Origin: Candidatus Aenigmatarchaeota archaeon
GTDB taxonomy: Archaea > Aenigmatarchaeota > Aenigmatarchaeia > JACPZZ01
Length of the DNA stretch: 32,000 nucleotides
Direction: 5' to 3'
Assembly: GCA_016202815.1 (NCBI GenBank)
Contig: JACQNZ010000002.1
Location: 48,228 to 80,227, forward strand
Shown: one piece after another, positions 8,029 to 16,168 of the stretch
How positions within the stretch are numbered: position 1 is the first letter of the stretch
How the letters are laid out: every line of letters begins with the position of its first letter
The notes under the pieces: model-generated
Database searches by the model: none
What the model was told of the DNA's origin: nothing
Seen by the model: only the letters and a program-made list of their open reading frames with translations
Program-made: the position numbers and the translations under genes

Positions 8029-9351
8029 TCACACCTTCATCCCAAACTGTTTTGCCAGCTGGGCAAAGTTGCCGCGCTTCAAATTCCTGCCGCCCACCAT
8101 CCTCATCATCTTTTTCGTGCGGTCATAATGTTTTATCAGTTCCTTGACATCGTCATCTTTCAATCCGCTGCCCGCCGCAATGCGCTTAATCCTGGAAGCG
8201 TCTATTATTTCCGGGTTCAATTTTTCTTTCGCAGTCATCGAATCCATTGCAACTTTCCACTTCGCCATCTGCTTCTCCTGAACTTCAAGTATTCCGTCAG
8301 GCATTTTCAGTCCCGGTATCATTTGCATGACCTGCTTCAGCGGGCCCATTTTTTTCACGGACTCGATCTGCTCGTAAAAATCCTGGAGCGAGTATTTTCC
8401 GCTCATCATGTTTTCAGCGGATTTCATCAGCTCAGGCGATTTTATCTCCTCCGCCTTTTCCACGAGGCCCTGCAGATCCCCGTAGCCTATTAGCCGCGAA
8501 ACGAATCTCTTGGGGTCGTATTGCTCAAAATCGTCGGCCTTTTCCCCAACACCGATGAATTTGATCGGCGCATTAACGACCGAACACGAGCTTAGCGCCG
8601 CACCGCCTTTGGCAGTGCCGTCCATTTTCGTTACGATGACGCCTGTTATGCCGACGAGTTTCGCAAATTCTTCCGACTGTTTTCCGGCCGCCTGTCCTAT
8701 GTCTGCCGGAATGACCAAAAAAACTTCGTCCGGTTTTATCGCATCCTTTAACCGTGTCAACTCGCCGGCCAGTTCCTTGTCCAGCGCGTTGCGTCCTGCA
8801 GAATCGAATATGACAACATCACGATCGGAAAACATTTTAGCAGCCTCTTCCGCCGCCTTTGCGGCGTCGCTGCCCTTCGCGTAAGACGGAACTCCAACCT
8901 GGTTCCCGAGTTGCATTATCTGCTCCTGCGCGGCCGGACGAAAAGTATCGCAGCCGACGAGCGCGGGCCGCAGGCCTTTGCGCAGGAAGAATTTCGCAAG
9001 TTTTGCAGCGCTTGTCGTTTTACCGGACCCGTACAGTCCCACAAGCAGTATTTTTTGCTTTTTCAATTCGATTGTGCCTGTCTCACGTCCAAGGAAAGTC
9101 ACGAGCTCGTCGTAAACCGTTTTTACCATGTGCTCCTTGGCTGTCAATCCTGTCGCAGGCTTCTCATTAAGAACTTTATCGCGTATGTTGTTCGAAAGCC
9201 CGTAAACCAGCTTAACGTCAACATCAGCCTGCAGCAAAGCCCGTTGCAAATCGCGTATAAACTCGTCTACAACAGCCTTGTCCACAAAACCTCTTCCCGC
9301 GACTTTGCGCAAGGCGTTTGAAATCGATTCGCCCAGTTTATCCAGTACCAT
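8029..9351 (-). CDS. srp54: Signal recognition particle protein SRP54
   Basis: MVLDKLGESISNALRKV..., GLYGSGKTT, DTFRPAA, DSAGR, TKMDG and a Met-rich M domain. I prefer the ATG at 9351 over the longer ORF start at 9450. Confidence 0.9.
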   Translation of the reverse strand: MVLDKLGESISNALRKVAGRGFVDKAVVDEFIRDLQRALLQADVDVKLVYGLSNNIRDKVLNEKPATGLTAKEHMVKTVYDELVTFLGRETGTIELKKQKILLVGLYGSGKTTSAAKLAKFFLRKGLRPALVGCDTFRPAAQEQIMQLGNQVGVPSYAKGSDAAKAAEEAAKMFSDRDVVIFDSAGRNALDKELAGELTRLKDAIKPDEVFLVIPADIGQAAGKQSEEFAKLVGITGVIVTKMDGTAKGGAALSSCSVVNAPIKFIGVGEKADDFEQYDPKRFVSRLIGYGDLQGLVEKAEEIKSPELMKSAENMMSGKYSLQDFYEQIESVKKMGPLKQVMQMIPGLKMPDGILEVQEKQMAKWKVAMDSMTAKEKLNPEIIDASRIKRIAAGSGLKDDDVKELIKHYDRTKKMMRMVGGRNLKRGNFAQLAKQFGMKV

Positions 9352-9509
9352 AGCAAACACTATTATATTTGACAATATTAAACAGGTCTTGGGCAAAGAA
9401 TAATACGTCAAATGACGATTACCAAACCTATTTATTGTCACTACTTGCAAGTGAGATTTTATATGTCGAGTTTAATTTGGTTAGCAACGCGTATGGAACG
9501 TGATTTTTA

Positions 9510-10229
9510 ATGACAAGGCCAAAAATCTACGGTCTTGGTGAGAAGCATCCTGCAGGTACACTCTCATTGGCCGCTCGCGAGATCGGCCAGCTCTTGGAAG
9601 ACTTCGGAGACACCATGCGAATTGTGCCTCAGCTAAAGGACGCGGTCCGGCGCTATAAGGGTGCAGAAAATAAAATATTCAGGCTTCGGCCGTATCCAGG
9701 CTTGTACAGTTGCGGCGAGGATGACGCATGGGCAGGATTCACATCCGCAATAATCGGCTTGCCCATGCCGGACGATATGAAAAAAAGGAGCCTCGAACGC
9801 GTCGAAAACGCAAGGACGGCTCTGCTGGCGGAGAAACAGGCCGTGAATAATTTGGCGCCCGAAATTCTCTACGTGGAAGGCGTCAAGAGGGCATATTTCG
9901 GCATAGTCGGTTCGGCTGTGCACGCAGCCGAGGAACGTGGCACAAAACTGGTCTATCTTGACGAACGTTCCGAATCGTATCGTGTGTTGATCAACGAATC
10001 TGGGAATCGCGGCCGTGAATTCGAAGAATCCACAAAATTCAAGGAATTGCAGAAAAAACGGGAAGACAAATGGAAAATACGCGTGAAAAGAAATCTCCCG
10101 TCAGGGACAACCCTGATGATTGCCGGGCGCAGCCATCTTACCAGAGACAACCCCGATTACCCGTTCATCGGCAGGGTTCCGGAAATGATGGAAGAACTGG
10201 GGTTGGGCTTCGAACTGCTGGCTAACTAA
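9510..10229 (+). CDS. Hypothetical protein, possibly of the Tiki/ChaN/TraB-like superfamily
   Basis: 239 aa and soluble. An N-terminal GLGEKH and a C-terminal IAGRSH resemble the paired GxxH motifs of the ChaN/TraB/Tiki fold. This is recall only and is weak. Confidence 0.45.
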   Translation: MTRPKIYGLGEKHPAGTLSLAAREIGQLLEDFGDTMRIVPQLKDAVRRYKGAENKIFRLRPYPGLYSCGEDDAWAGFTSAIIGLPMPDDMKKRSLERVENARTALLAEKQAVNNLAPEILYVEGVKRAYFGIVGSAVHAAEERGTKLVYLDERSESYRVLINESGNRGREFEESTKFKELQKKREDKWKIRVKRNLPSGTTLMIAGRSHLTRDNPDYPFIGRVPEMMEELGLGFELLAN

Positions 10230-11502
10230 ACAGCCTATCAACAATCTTGTTCGCGTCAAACTCTTCCAAATCGCCATAGTCCTGTCCGACGCCCAAAAAC
10301 AGGATGGGCTTTTTCACCGTGTGCGTTGCGGAAAGTATTGCGCCGCCTTTTTCATACACGTCAGCTTTCGTGAATACAAGAGCGTCGACTCCAACGGCCT
10401 CGCCGAATTTCTTCGCCTGTTCGACTATGTCATTGCCCGTTAAACTGTCAAGGACGAGTATCTTCATTGCCGGCCTGTTGACGCGGCACACCTTCTTAAG
10501 TTCGTCCATCAAATTGGCGTTGACGTGCGTGCGGCCTGCCGTGTCCGCCAAAACGACATCAATGTTATGCGCTGTTGCGTACTTCATAGAATCGAATATA
10601 ACGGCGGCCGAGTCTGCCCCGTAGTTGTGTTTTATGACCTTTACCCCGAGCCTGTCCCCGTGGAACTGTATCTGTTCTATGCTCGCAGCTCTGAAAGAGT
10701 CGCCTGCGGCAAAAAGGCAGCTGACGCCCCTGTTTTTTAAATAATTGCCTATTCTGGCAAGCGTCGTTGTCTTTCCTGCGCCGTTAAACCCTATGAAAAG
10801 TATAAGCACCGGCTTGTCGTGGTTTTTTACAAATTCAACCATGTTTATTTTTTCCTGGCCAAGTATTTCAGCTATGCTGTTCCTCAACGAGTTTTTTACC
10901 GTCTCTTCGACCCTGGATCGCTTGACGCTCTTGCCGGCCAGGTTTTTCTCCATGGAGCCGCATATATTTTCCGCGACCTCAAGAGCGACATCGTTTTCCA
11001 TAAGGCTCATCTTCATGTCGTCAACAACGGTTTCGATGTCCTCTTCCCTGATTGTTACTTCGGTTATCTTTTTGGTGAATTTCTCCGCTATCCTGCCGAA
11101 TAATCCGGGCTTCGGTTTTTCCGGTTCGGTTTTTGTTTCCTCTGTGTGCTCGGGGTGTTGTGGGGTTTCGGCCCCCTGTGTTTCCGTCATTTTCGCGGAT
11201 AAAAGTTCTTCCGCTGCCTGATGTTGCGCCGCCAGCTCCGCGCCAGTTCTTCCGATTTCCGTCTCTTCCTGGGTCTCTGGTCCGGCGCCGATTTCTTCCA
11301 TATCTTGCTTTTCTTCAACGGCAATCTCTGTTGCTTCAGCACGCGGCTGCTCTACATTCGTCGCTTCTTCAACTTCAATTATTTCATCAGGTTTTTCCGG
11401 AATTTTTTCCTCTTTCGAATACTCCTCGGCGGGTTTTTTACTCACAGCTTTGGCTATACCATCAATCGATTCCTTGATTTTCTTTTTCAGAAACCCAAAC
11501 AT
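10222..11502 (-). CDS. ftsY: SRP receptor FtsY with a long acidic N-terminal extension
   Basis: The C-terminal NG domain has GFNGAGKTTT, GDSFRAA, DTAGR and TKADV. The N-terminal ~130 aa are E/T/Q/P-rich. Confidence 0.9.
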   Translation of the reverse strand: MFGFLKKKIKESIDGIAKAVSKKPAEEYSKEEKIPEKPDEIIEVEEATNVEQPRAEATEIAVEEKQDMEEIGAGPETQEETEIGRTGAELAAQHQAAEELLSAKMTETQGAETPQHPEHTEETKTEPEKPKPGLFGRIAEKFTKKITEVTIREEDIETVVDDMKMSLMENDVALEVAENICGSMEKNLAGKSVKRSRVEETVKNSLRNSIAEILGQEKINMVEFVKNHDKPVLILFIGFNGAGKTTTLARIGNYLKNRGVSCLFAAGDSFRAASIEQIQFHGDRLGVKVIKHNYGADSAAVIFDSMKYATAHNIDVVLADTAGRTHVNANLMDELKKVCRVNRPAMKILVLDSLTGNDIVEQAKKFGEAVGVDALVFTKADVYEKGGAILSATHTVKKPILFLGVGQDYGDLEEFDANKIVDRLFS

Positions 11503-11528
11503 GGTATCACGCCGCGTGTCTCTGCGGA

Positions 11529-11963
11529 TTACTTGCTCTTTCCAGAATAGTTCATCTCGCCGGCAAGATTTTCAATTTCAGGCAATATGCCCTGTATCTG
11601 CGCGGTTATGCTGCCCATGTCCTTTAAAATTTTAGTGTAAGAGCCTTCCATGTCCTTAAGTCTTTGCCCGAGCATGTCACCGGCTTTCTCCCTGCTTTCT
11701 TTGACAACGATGTCCGCGCCGATCGCTATCATTATTTTATCAGTATCATCGACTTTCCCATGCACAAAGGTTCCGGCGCCCAGGGGTATCAATGCGCCAT
11801 GGTTGCCGCCCTTGTTCATCTCATCCAGCGCGTTTATCGTCGCCTGCGTTTCTAGGATGGCCGCTTGCATCGCCTCCGCCTGTCTGCTCATGTTGTCCAG
11901 CTGTTCCTTCAGGAATTGGTACAGGAAATATTTCTGCTCAAGTTCCTTTTTCTTGTCTTCCAC
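11529..11963 (-). CDS. pfdA: Prefoldin alpha subunit
   Basis: 144 aa coiled coil - beta hairpins (ALIPLGAGTFVHGKV...IMIAIGADIVVE) - coiled coil. GTG start with GGAG 7 nt upstream. The conserved pfdA-ftsY neighbourhood is present. Confidence 0.8.
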   Translation of the reverse strand: MEDKKKELEQKYFLYQFLKEQLDNMSRQAEAMQAAILETQATINALDEMNKGGNHGALIPLGAGTFVHGKVDDTDKIMIAIGADIVVKESREKAGDMLGQRLKDMEGSYTKILKDMGSITAQIQGILPEIENLAGEMNYSGKSK

Positions 11964-11983
11964 GCCAATCTCCTGAACATTAA

Positions 11984-13423
11984 TCAGACATAACGCTTAT
12001 ATAACTTGGTGCCGTTTTCCTCTTTCAAAAGCTGAAAATCCGGCGGTTTGAGGTCAAATTCGGTCACAACGTAGCTTACATTCCACTTGTCCAGCAGGTC
12101 GGAATCCAAATCCATTTCGCCGATTAATTTTTGCCTGTCAGAAACCATTTCCCGGTATTTGTCCGTGAAAACCTCCAGTTCGGAAACGCGCGGGTTCATC
12201 GGATATTTGTTCGCAATTACCGCAAACCAAACCTCGTACTTGCCGTCCGCGACCAGGACCGAGGGCGCTTTATCGGTGTTTTCCAGCCACATTGCCAGCC
12301 TCGCCTCGTCGTTTGAAGGTGCATCGTCGGAAACGCAGCAATTCCTCAAATTGGTGGCATTGGTGTACGGATTGATGAAAAGAAACGCGAATAAAATTCC
12401 TGCCATGATAAACCTGGCAAACTTTTGAACCCGCCTGGTCTGTTTCATAGCAATGACCGTGCCGAAAGCCGCAAGAGGCGGCACGGCGACCGCCAGCATA
12501 TCAGGAAATTTATACTGCGTGCCTGGTATGTGGAATATCGTGAAGGCTGCCGTGAATAAAAAAACCCACAATTGGTACCGTCTTTGCTTGTGCGCGTAAG
12601 CAGCACCAACAACAGAAAAGAAAAACATCATCAGCCCTATTCTGGCGCCGGGCATGAGGCTGAAAAACCAGTTGTTGATGCTGTCAATACCGACAAATCC
12701 GGCCTTGTAATACCATATGGTGTTCTCCCACCTGCGGTTTATCGCATTGTCCGCTATCTGCAGGTACTTGGGCACCCAGATAAGCGACACCAACAAAGCT
12801 ATGGAAAGGAACGTAAGAACGCTTTTTATTTCTGTGCGCTTTCCGTTCCGCCGTATGGATAAAAAGAAATGAATGGTAATCAAAACCGCCGCGTACAAGG
12901 CTGTGAATGTATGGGATAGCAAAACAAGCCCCGAGAAAACCGCGGCAACCGGGTAATTTTCCTTGCGAAGGAAATACAACATGACGACCAGGAGGTTCAT
13001 CGAAAGCAGCTGCGGATATTCGCCGGCGGCAAACACCTCAATTAAACTTGCCTGCACAGCGCCAAAAAAAGAAAACAGGACCGCTTCTTTTCTGCCAAAC
13101 GCGCTCCCATAGATGTAAAAAGCTACGGGGAAGAAGGCGTATGAAAAAAGGCCCAACAAAATCACTGATCTGTAAGTTTCAATGCCGGTGTAAGAAATTG
13201 CATACGACATCCAGTGAAACAGTGGCGGGTACGTGAACATGACGTCTGCGAATGGTGCCCATGTGGAAGGTATCAACGAATGTCGCATCACGCCGCCCGC
13301 TATTTCGGAATGAAGCGCAGGGTCATATGTAAGTGGGAACGGATCAATAATTTTGTAGCCGGAAATCAGCAGATAAAAAAACATCGCAAAAGGGACGACA
13401 ATACCGTATCTCCCCGCGTTCAT
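11984..13423 (-). CDS. Polytopic membrane protein, GT-C (ArnT/PMT-like) glycosyltransferase-like
   Basis: 479 aa with about 11 predicted TM helices followed by a ~110-aa soluble C-terminal domain. There is no WWDYG AglB motif. The family call is tentative. Confidence 0.4.
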   Translation of the reverse strand: MNAGRYGIVVPFAMFFYLLISGYKIIDPFPLTYDPALHSEIAGGVMRHSLIPSTWAPFADVMFTYPPLFHWMSYAISYTGIETYRSVILLGLFSYAFFPVAFYIYGSAFGRKEAVLFSFFGAVQASLIEVFAAGEYPQLLSMNLLVVMLYFLRKENYPVAAVFSGLVLLSHTFTALYAAVLITIHFFLSIRRNGKRTEIKSVLTFLSIALLVSLIWVPKYLQIADNAINRRWENTIWYYKAGFVGIDSINNWFFSLMPGARIGLMMFFFSVVGAAYAHKQRRYQLWVFLFTAAFTIFHIPGTQYKFPDMLAVAVPPLAAFGTVIAMKQTRRVQKFARFIMAGILFAFLFINPYTNATNLRNCCVSDDAPSNDEARLAMWLENTDKAPSVLVADGKYEVWFAVIANKYPMNPRVSELEVFTDKYREMVSDRQKLIGEMDLDSDLLDKWNVSYVVTEFDLKPPDFQLLKEENGTKLYKRYV

Positions 13424-13830
13424 TTCGTTACCCTCTGACTCATGTAATCCCTGATGATTTTATCGTGGTCGAACGCCAGCCTGGTCTCCGGCAGTTCTGA
13501 TATAGGTATCAGCATAACCGCAGCCGCGTCGTCGCCGCTGCTCAATCTTCCTCCTGTTTTTTTGGCCGCAAAAGCCACCGCAACCCTGTGCTCTTTGTCA
13601 GGATTCCTCTTTGGATCCGAATAAACTCCCACTAATTTTGTTAATTTTATTTTGAGTCCTGTTTCTTCGAACGCTTCACGCACCGCGGCGTGTTCTACAG
13701 TTTCCCTGTAATTCACGTGGCCTCCCGGGATCGCCCACATGCCTCTGAACGGGTTAGCACCGCGTCTTATCAGCACTATTTTTCCATCGATCTCGATTAT
13801 CGCATCAACAGTTAGCGTAACGCGTTTCAT
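13420..13830 (-). CDS. NUDIX hydrolase
   Basis: Nudix box GGHVNYRETVEHAAVREAFEETGL. ATGA overlap with the downstream membrane protein gene. Confidence 0.8.
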   Translation of the reverse strand: MKRVTLTVDAIIEIDGKIVLIRRGANPFRGMWAIPGGHVNYRETVEHAAVREAFEETGLKIKLTKLVGVYSDPKRNPDKEHRVAVAFAAKKTGGRLSSGDDAAAVMLIPISELPETRLAFDHDKIIRDYMSQRVTK

Positions 13831-13838
13831 TTTCCGAC

Positions 13839-14177
13839 CTACAGAAGTTTCGTATTGCCTGTGATTCTGTCTATCTTCTCGTCATTAGCAGGCCCTATGC
13901 CCAGCGCAGTTATCGTCCCGGGGGGAAGCTCTGTCAAGCCGGCATCCGAAACCAAAAAACAGGGCAACCTCATCTTCTTTGCCTGGTCGTATAATTCAAG
14001 TATCAATTTCTCGCCAGACGCCCGCAAAGCTATTTTTTTCGATCCCGTATCGTTCCATACGTCCAACGTTTTCTTGTCGGAATTTAAAACAGCGCCCACG
14101 GAGGCGTGGCAGGCCTGCGCCACCTTTTTGCCGGCGGACATTTTTATGTCGGTACGTATCAGAATTACCTGCTTCAT
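13839..14177 (-). CDS. pth2: Peptidyl-tRNA hydrolase, archaeal type (Pth2)
   Basis: MKQVILIRTDIKMSAGKKVAQACHASVGA...TALGIGP. The start at 14177 forms an ATGA overlap with the upstream gene. Confidence 0.85.
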   Translation of the reverse strand: MKQVILIRTDIKMSAGKKVAQACHASVGAVLNSDKKTLDVWNDTGSKKIALRASGEKLILELYDQAKKMRLPCFLVSDAGLTELPPGTITALGIGPANDEKIDRITGNTKLL

Positions 14178-14794
14178 CGGCATGCCTCCCTGACTGAATA
14201 CAGTATTCTCTGCGCAACTGTTACAAACGAAAGTACTATTAATAGAATAACCGTGTACGATATCACGGCGGGCCCGTAATAAAACGACAATGCCATTGCT
14301 GCCAACAAAATCGAAATGCGTTCAAACCTTTCCAGCAGGCCGCCCATCTCCCTGAGTTTGCGCTCATTTGTGACTATTTTCCTGTGGTCGGCGTATGCCC
14401 TGGAATAAGAAGTCATCGTACCGAGGAAAAGCAGGACCGCAAGCGATATCTTTGGATCGACAAAAACGCTTGGCAGGCTGTAGAACATGAGGCCTGTCAG
14501 GATAAACGCCTCGACAAACCTGTCTGAAATGCCGTCGATATATGCGCCGGCCTTTGTTATATTTCCTGTATAACGGGCGACCGCACCATCCACATAATCA
14601 AGCAAAAATGCTGCAAAAAACAGTGTCAAAGACAGGCCGAATCCCCTGTGCGTGGCCGATGTCGCAAGCCCGGCAGCCCCGAAAGCAAGGGACATGAAGG
14701 TCCACTGGTTGGGCGTAACCGGGATTGAAGAAAACACGCCTCCCACAACGCGTTCTATGGACGAAAACGGTTTTCGCCTGCCTGACTTGATCAT
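14174..14794 (-). CDS. CDP-alcohol phosphatidyltransferase (archaetidyl-serine/inositol-phosphate synthase-like)
   Basis: Signature DYVDGAVAR-x8-GAYIDGISD matches Dx2DGx2ARx8Gx3Dx3D. It is a multi-TM protein. Confidence 0.8.
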   Translation of the reverse strand: MIKSGRRKPFSSIERVVGGVFSSIPVTPNQWTFMSLAFGAAGLATSATHRGFGLSLTLFFAAFLLDYVDGAVARYTGNITKAGAYIDGISDRFVEAFILTGLMFYSLPSVFVDPKISLAVLLFLGTMTSYSRAYADHRKIVTNERKLREMGGLLERFERISILLAAMALSFYYGPAVISYTVILLIVLSFVTVAQRILYSVREACR

Positions 14795-14795
14795 A

Positions 14796-15302
14796 CTACC
14801 ATGGCTCCTTCTTTACCCCGATCCTGTGCCCTATCAAGTTGGCCGCAAGATGTATTACAGGTGTTATTATCATTATGATCATGACCGCATCAATTCCAAT
14901 CCTGTAAACCAGAGACGCGAACAATATGGCGCCCGCCACAAAATCCAGCTGGTCCAACAACGGCACGGGCGTGCCGCGCTTTAAACCCAAACGACGCTTT
15001 GCAAAACTTCCGGCCAAGTCGCCAAAAAGGGCCCCGGCGGCTATCAGTGCGCCGGAAAATGCGCTCATCTGCAAATGAACGGGGTAAAAGTTCTGCGCTG
15101 CGCCCTGCAGAAATCCTGTCACAGTTCCCAGAAAAATGCCGAGAAAAAAACCTTCGAAAGTTTTGCCTGCCCCGAAAACCGGCCTGCCGTCAAAAAAATT
15201 TCTAGAAAAATCCATTCTCATCTTGCCGCGCGCAAGCGTCGCACCGCTGTTGGCGAAATAGGCGGGCAATATCAGCCAAACTGCAGCTGCGGCATCAGGC
15301 AT
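14796..15302 (-). CDS. carS: CDP-archaeol synthase (CarS, DUF46)
   Basis: WLILPAYFANSGA, GKTFEGFFLG, DLAGSFAKRRLGLKRG and LDQLDF match the CarS pattern I recall. I prefer the ATG at 15302 to the ATG at 15335. Confidence 0.7.
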   Translation of the reverse strand: MPDAAAAVWLILPAYFANSGATLARGKMRMDFSRNFFDGRPVFGAGKTFEGFFLGIFLGTVTGFLQGAAQNFYPVHLQMSAFSGALIAAGALFGDLAGSFAKRRLGLKRGTPVPLLDQLDFVAGAILFASLVYRIGIDAVMIIMIITPVIHLAANLIGHRIGVKKEPW

Positions 15303-15344
15303 ACAACTAATAAAAACTAACCGGAATATATACAATAGACCCGC

Positions 15345-15830
15345 ATGGACTTTTCCGCGTTTTCAAACCTGATAGTGAGCCAGTGGGGCTACCTTGGTAT
15401 ATTGGCCGTGCAGATAGTCAGCTCGTCAACCGTTTTCCTGCCGCTGCCCGGGCTGGCCGTCATATTCCTTTACGGAGCAATATTAAACCCGTACCTTGTG
15501 GGTGTGGTAGCAGGCCTCGGCGCCGCAATCGGTGAGTTGACCGGCTACGCAATCGGCCACGGCGGCCACGGCCTGATAACCAGGAAAAACAAAAAATTTG
15601 CCGTGAAGGTGCGTTCGTTGCTGAATAAGTACAACCCGTTTTTTGTCATAATATTTTTCGCCGCTGTTCCGTTTCCGTTTGACATAGTCGGCGTCATGTG
15701 CGGGCTTTCCAGGTACGACGTAAAAAAATTCTTCCTCGCAACTTTCATAGGAAACTCGATAAAGCTTTCCATCGTTGCGTTGGCCGGTTTTTACGGCCTG
15801 CCGTGGGTGCTCCGGGTTTTCGGCGAATGA
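15345..15830 (+). CDS. DedA/YqaA-type (VTT/SNARE-associated) membrane protein
   Basis: 161 aa with 4-5 TM helices. FLPLPGLAVIFLYG and GAAIGELTGYAIG resemble DedA/YqaA family motifs. Confidence 0.6.
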   Translation: MDFSAFSNLIVSQWGYLGILAVQIVSSSTVFLPLPGLAVIFLYGAILNPYLVGVVAGLGAAIGELTGYAIGHGGHGLITRKNKKFAVKVRSLLNKYNPFFVIIFFAAVPFPFDIVGVMCGLSRYDVKKFFLATFIGNSIKLSIVALAGFYGLPWVLRVFGE

Positions 15831-15840
15831 CGGGTAACCC

Positions 15841-15861
15841 GAATCAGGCATAACCTGATTC
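15841..15861. terminator. Perfect 8-bp hairpin between convergent 3' ends (DedA-like gene and tRNA)
   Basis: GAATCAGG-CATAA-CCTGATTC. Any function as a terminator or processing signal is inferred only. Confidence 0.3.
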
Positions 15862-15872
15862 AGTCTGTCGAA

Positions 15873-16099
15873 TGCTCCCGCCGCGATTTGAACGCGGGTT
15901 TAGAGGTATCTGCCAAGCATTTTCTTTTCTGTCTGCTTTCGTTTGGTTGAGCTTTGCCATTTAATTTATCTTGGTTGGTTTTTGCTCTTCAATTTCTTTT
16001 GGTTTGGCTTTGCTCTTTAATTTCTTTTGGTTGAGCTTTTCTTTTGAAAGAAAAGGTCATCCGCAACCTCTTGTCTTGTCCAGGCTGGACCACGGGAGC
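15873..16099 (-). tRNA. tRNA-Arg (anticodon GCG) with an intron of about 153 nt at the canonical 37/38 position
   Basis: The minus-strand exons give a 74-nt cloverleaf.
- Acceptor stem: GCUCCCG pairs perfectly with CGGGAGC, followed by discriminator A.
- D arm: GUCC-AGCCUGGACA-AGAC.
- Anticodon arm: AGAGG-UUGCGGA-CCUCU.
- Variable loop: AAAC.
- T arm: CCGCG-UUCAAAU-CGCGG.
No CCA is encoded. A TATA-like TTTATTTTTAAA lies about 25-30 nt upstream. Confidence 0.75.
15908..16060 (-). other. tRNA intron, A-rich on the RNA strand, containing about three degenerate ~29-nt tandem repeats
   Basis: The plus-strand repeats TTTGCTCTTCAATTTCTTTTGGTTTGGC (15981-16008) and TTTGCTCTTTAATTTCTTTTGGTTGAGC (16010-16037) are about 25/28 identical. 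TTGGTTGAGCTTT recurs at 15944 and 16028. At the RNA level a hairpin CUUUUC-UUUCAAAA-GAAAAG sits at the intron 5' end. Confidence 0.6.
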
Positions 16100-16168
16100 T
16101 TTCTTTGATTAAGCTTTCTTTAAAAATAAAGGTTTAAATACATCACCCCGAATAAGTAATACGATACC
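16100..16168. promoter_or_regulatory. AT-rich divergent promoter region for the tRNA-Arg (minus) and the Zn-ribbon gene (plus)
   Basis: CTTTAAAAATAAAGG and GTTTAAATAC are TATA-like boxes. The second is about 30 nt upstream of the ATG at 16169, consistent with a leaderless mRNA. Confidence 0.35.

Noticed and set aside
7777-8493. A 238-aa plus-strand ORF spanning the phosphodiesterase/srp54 junction
   Set aside because: It overlaps two strongly supported minus-strand genes, has odd composition (F/H/R-rich), and has no upstream signals.
9352-9450. An N-terminal 33-aa extension of SRP54 given by the ORF track
   Set aside because: The extension (MQVVTINRFGNRHLTYYSLPKTCLILSNIIVFA) is not SRP54-like and covers TATA-like promoter sequence. 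The canonical MVLDKLGES start is at 9351.
9412-9510. A 32-aa ORF (MTITKPIYCHYLQVRFYMSSLIWLATRMERDF) whose TAA overlaps the ATG of the 9510 gene (TAATG)
   Set aside because: It lies in the AT-rich divergent promoter region, where chance ORFs are expected. It has no Shine-Dalgarno motif, no convincing TATA spacing and no recognisable features. It would be worth only a quick conservation check.
15936-16041. Tandem ~29-nt repeats that could at first glance suggest a mini CRISPR array
   Set aside because: There are only about 3 degenerate, directly abutting copies with no unique spacers and no cas genes. The repeats lie inside the intron of tRNA-Arg, bounded by matching exon halves.
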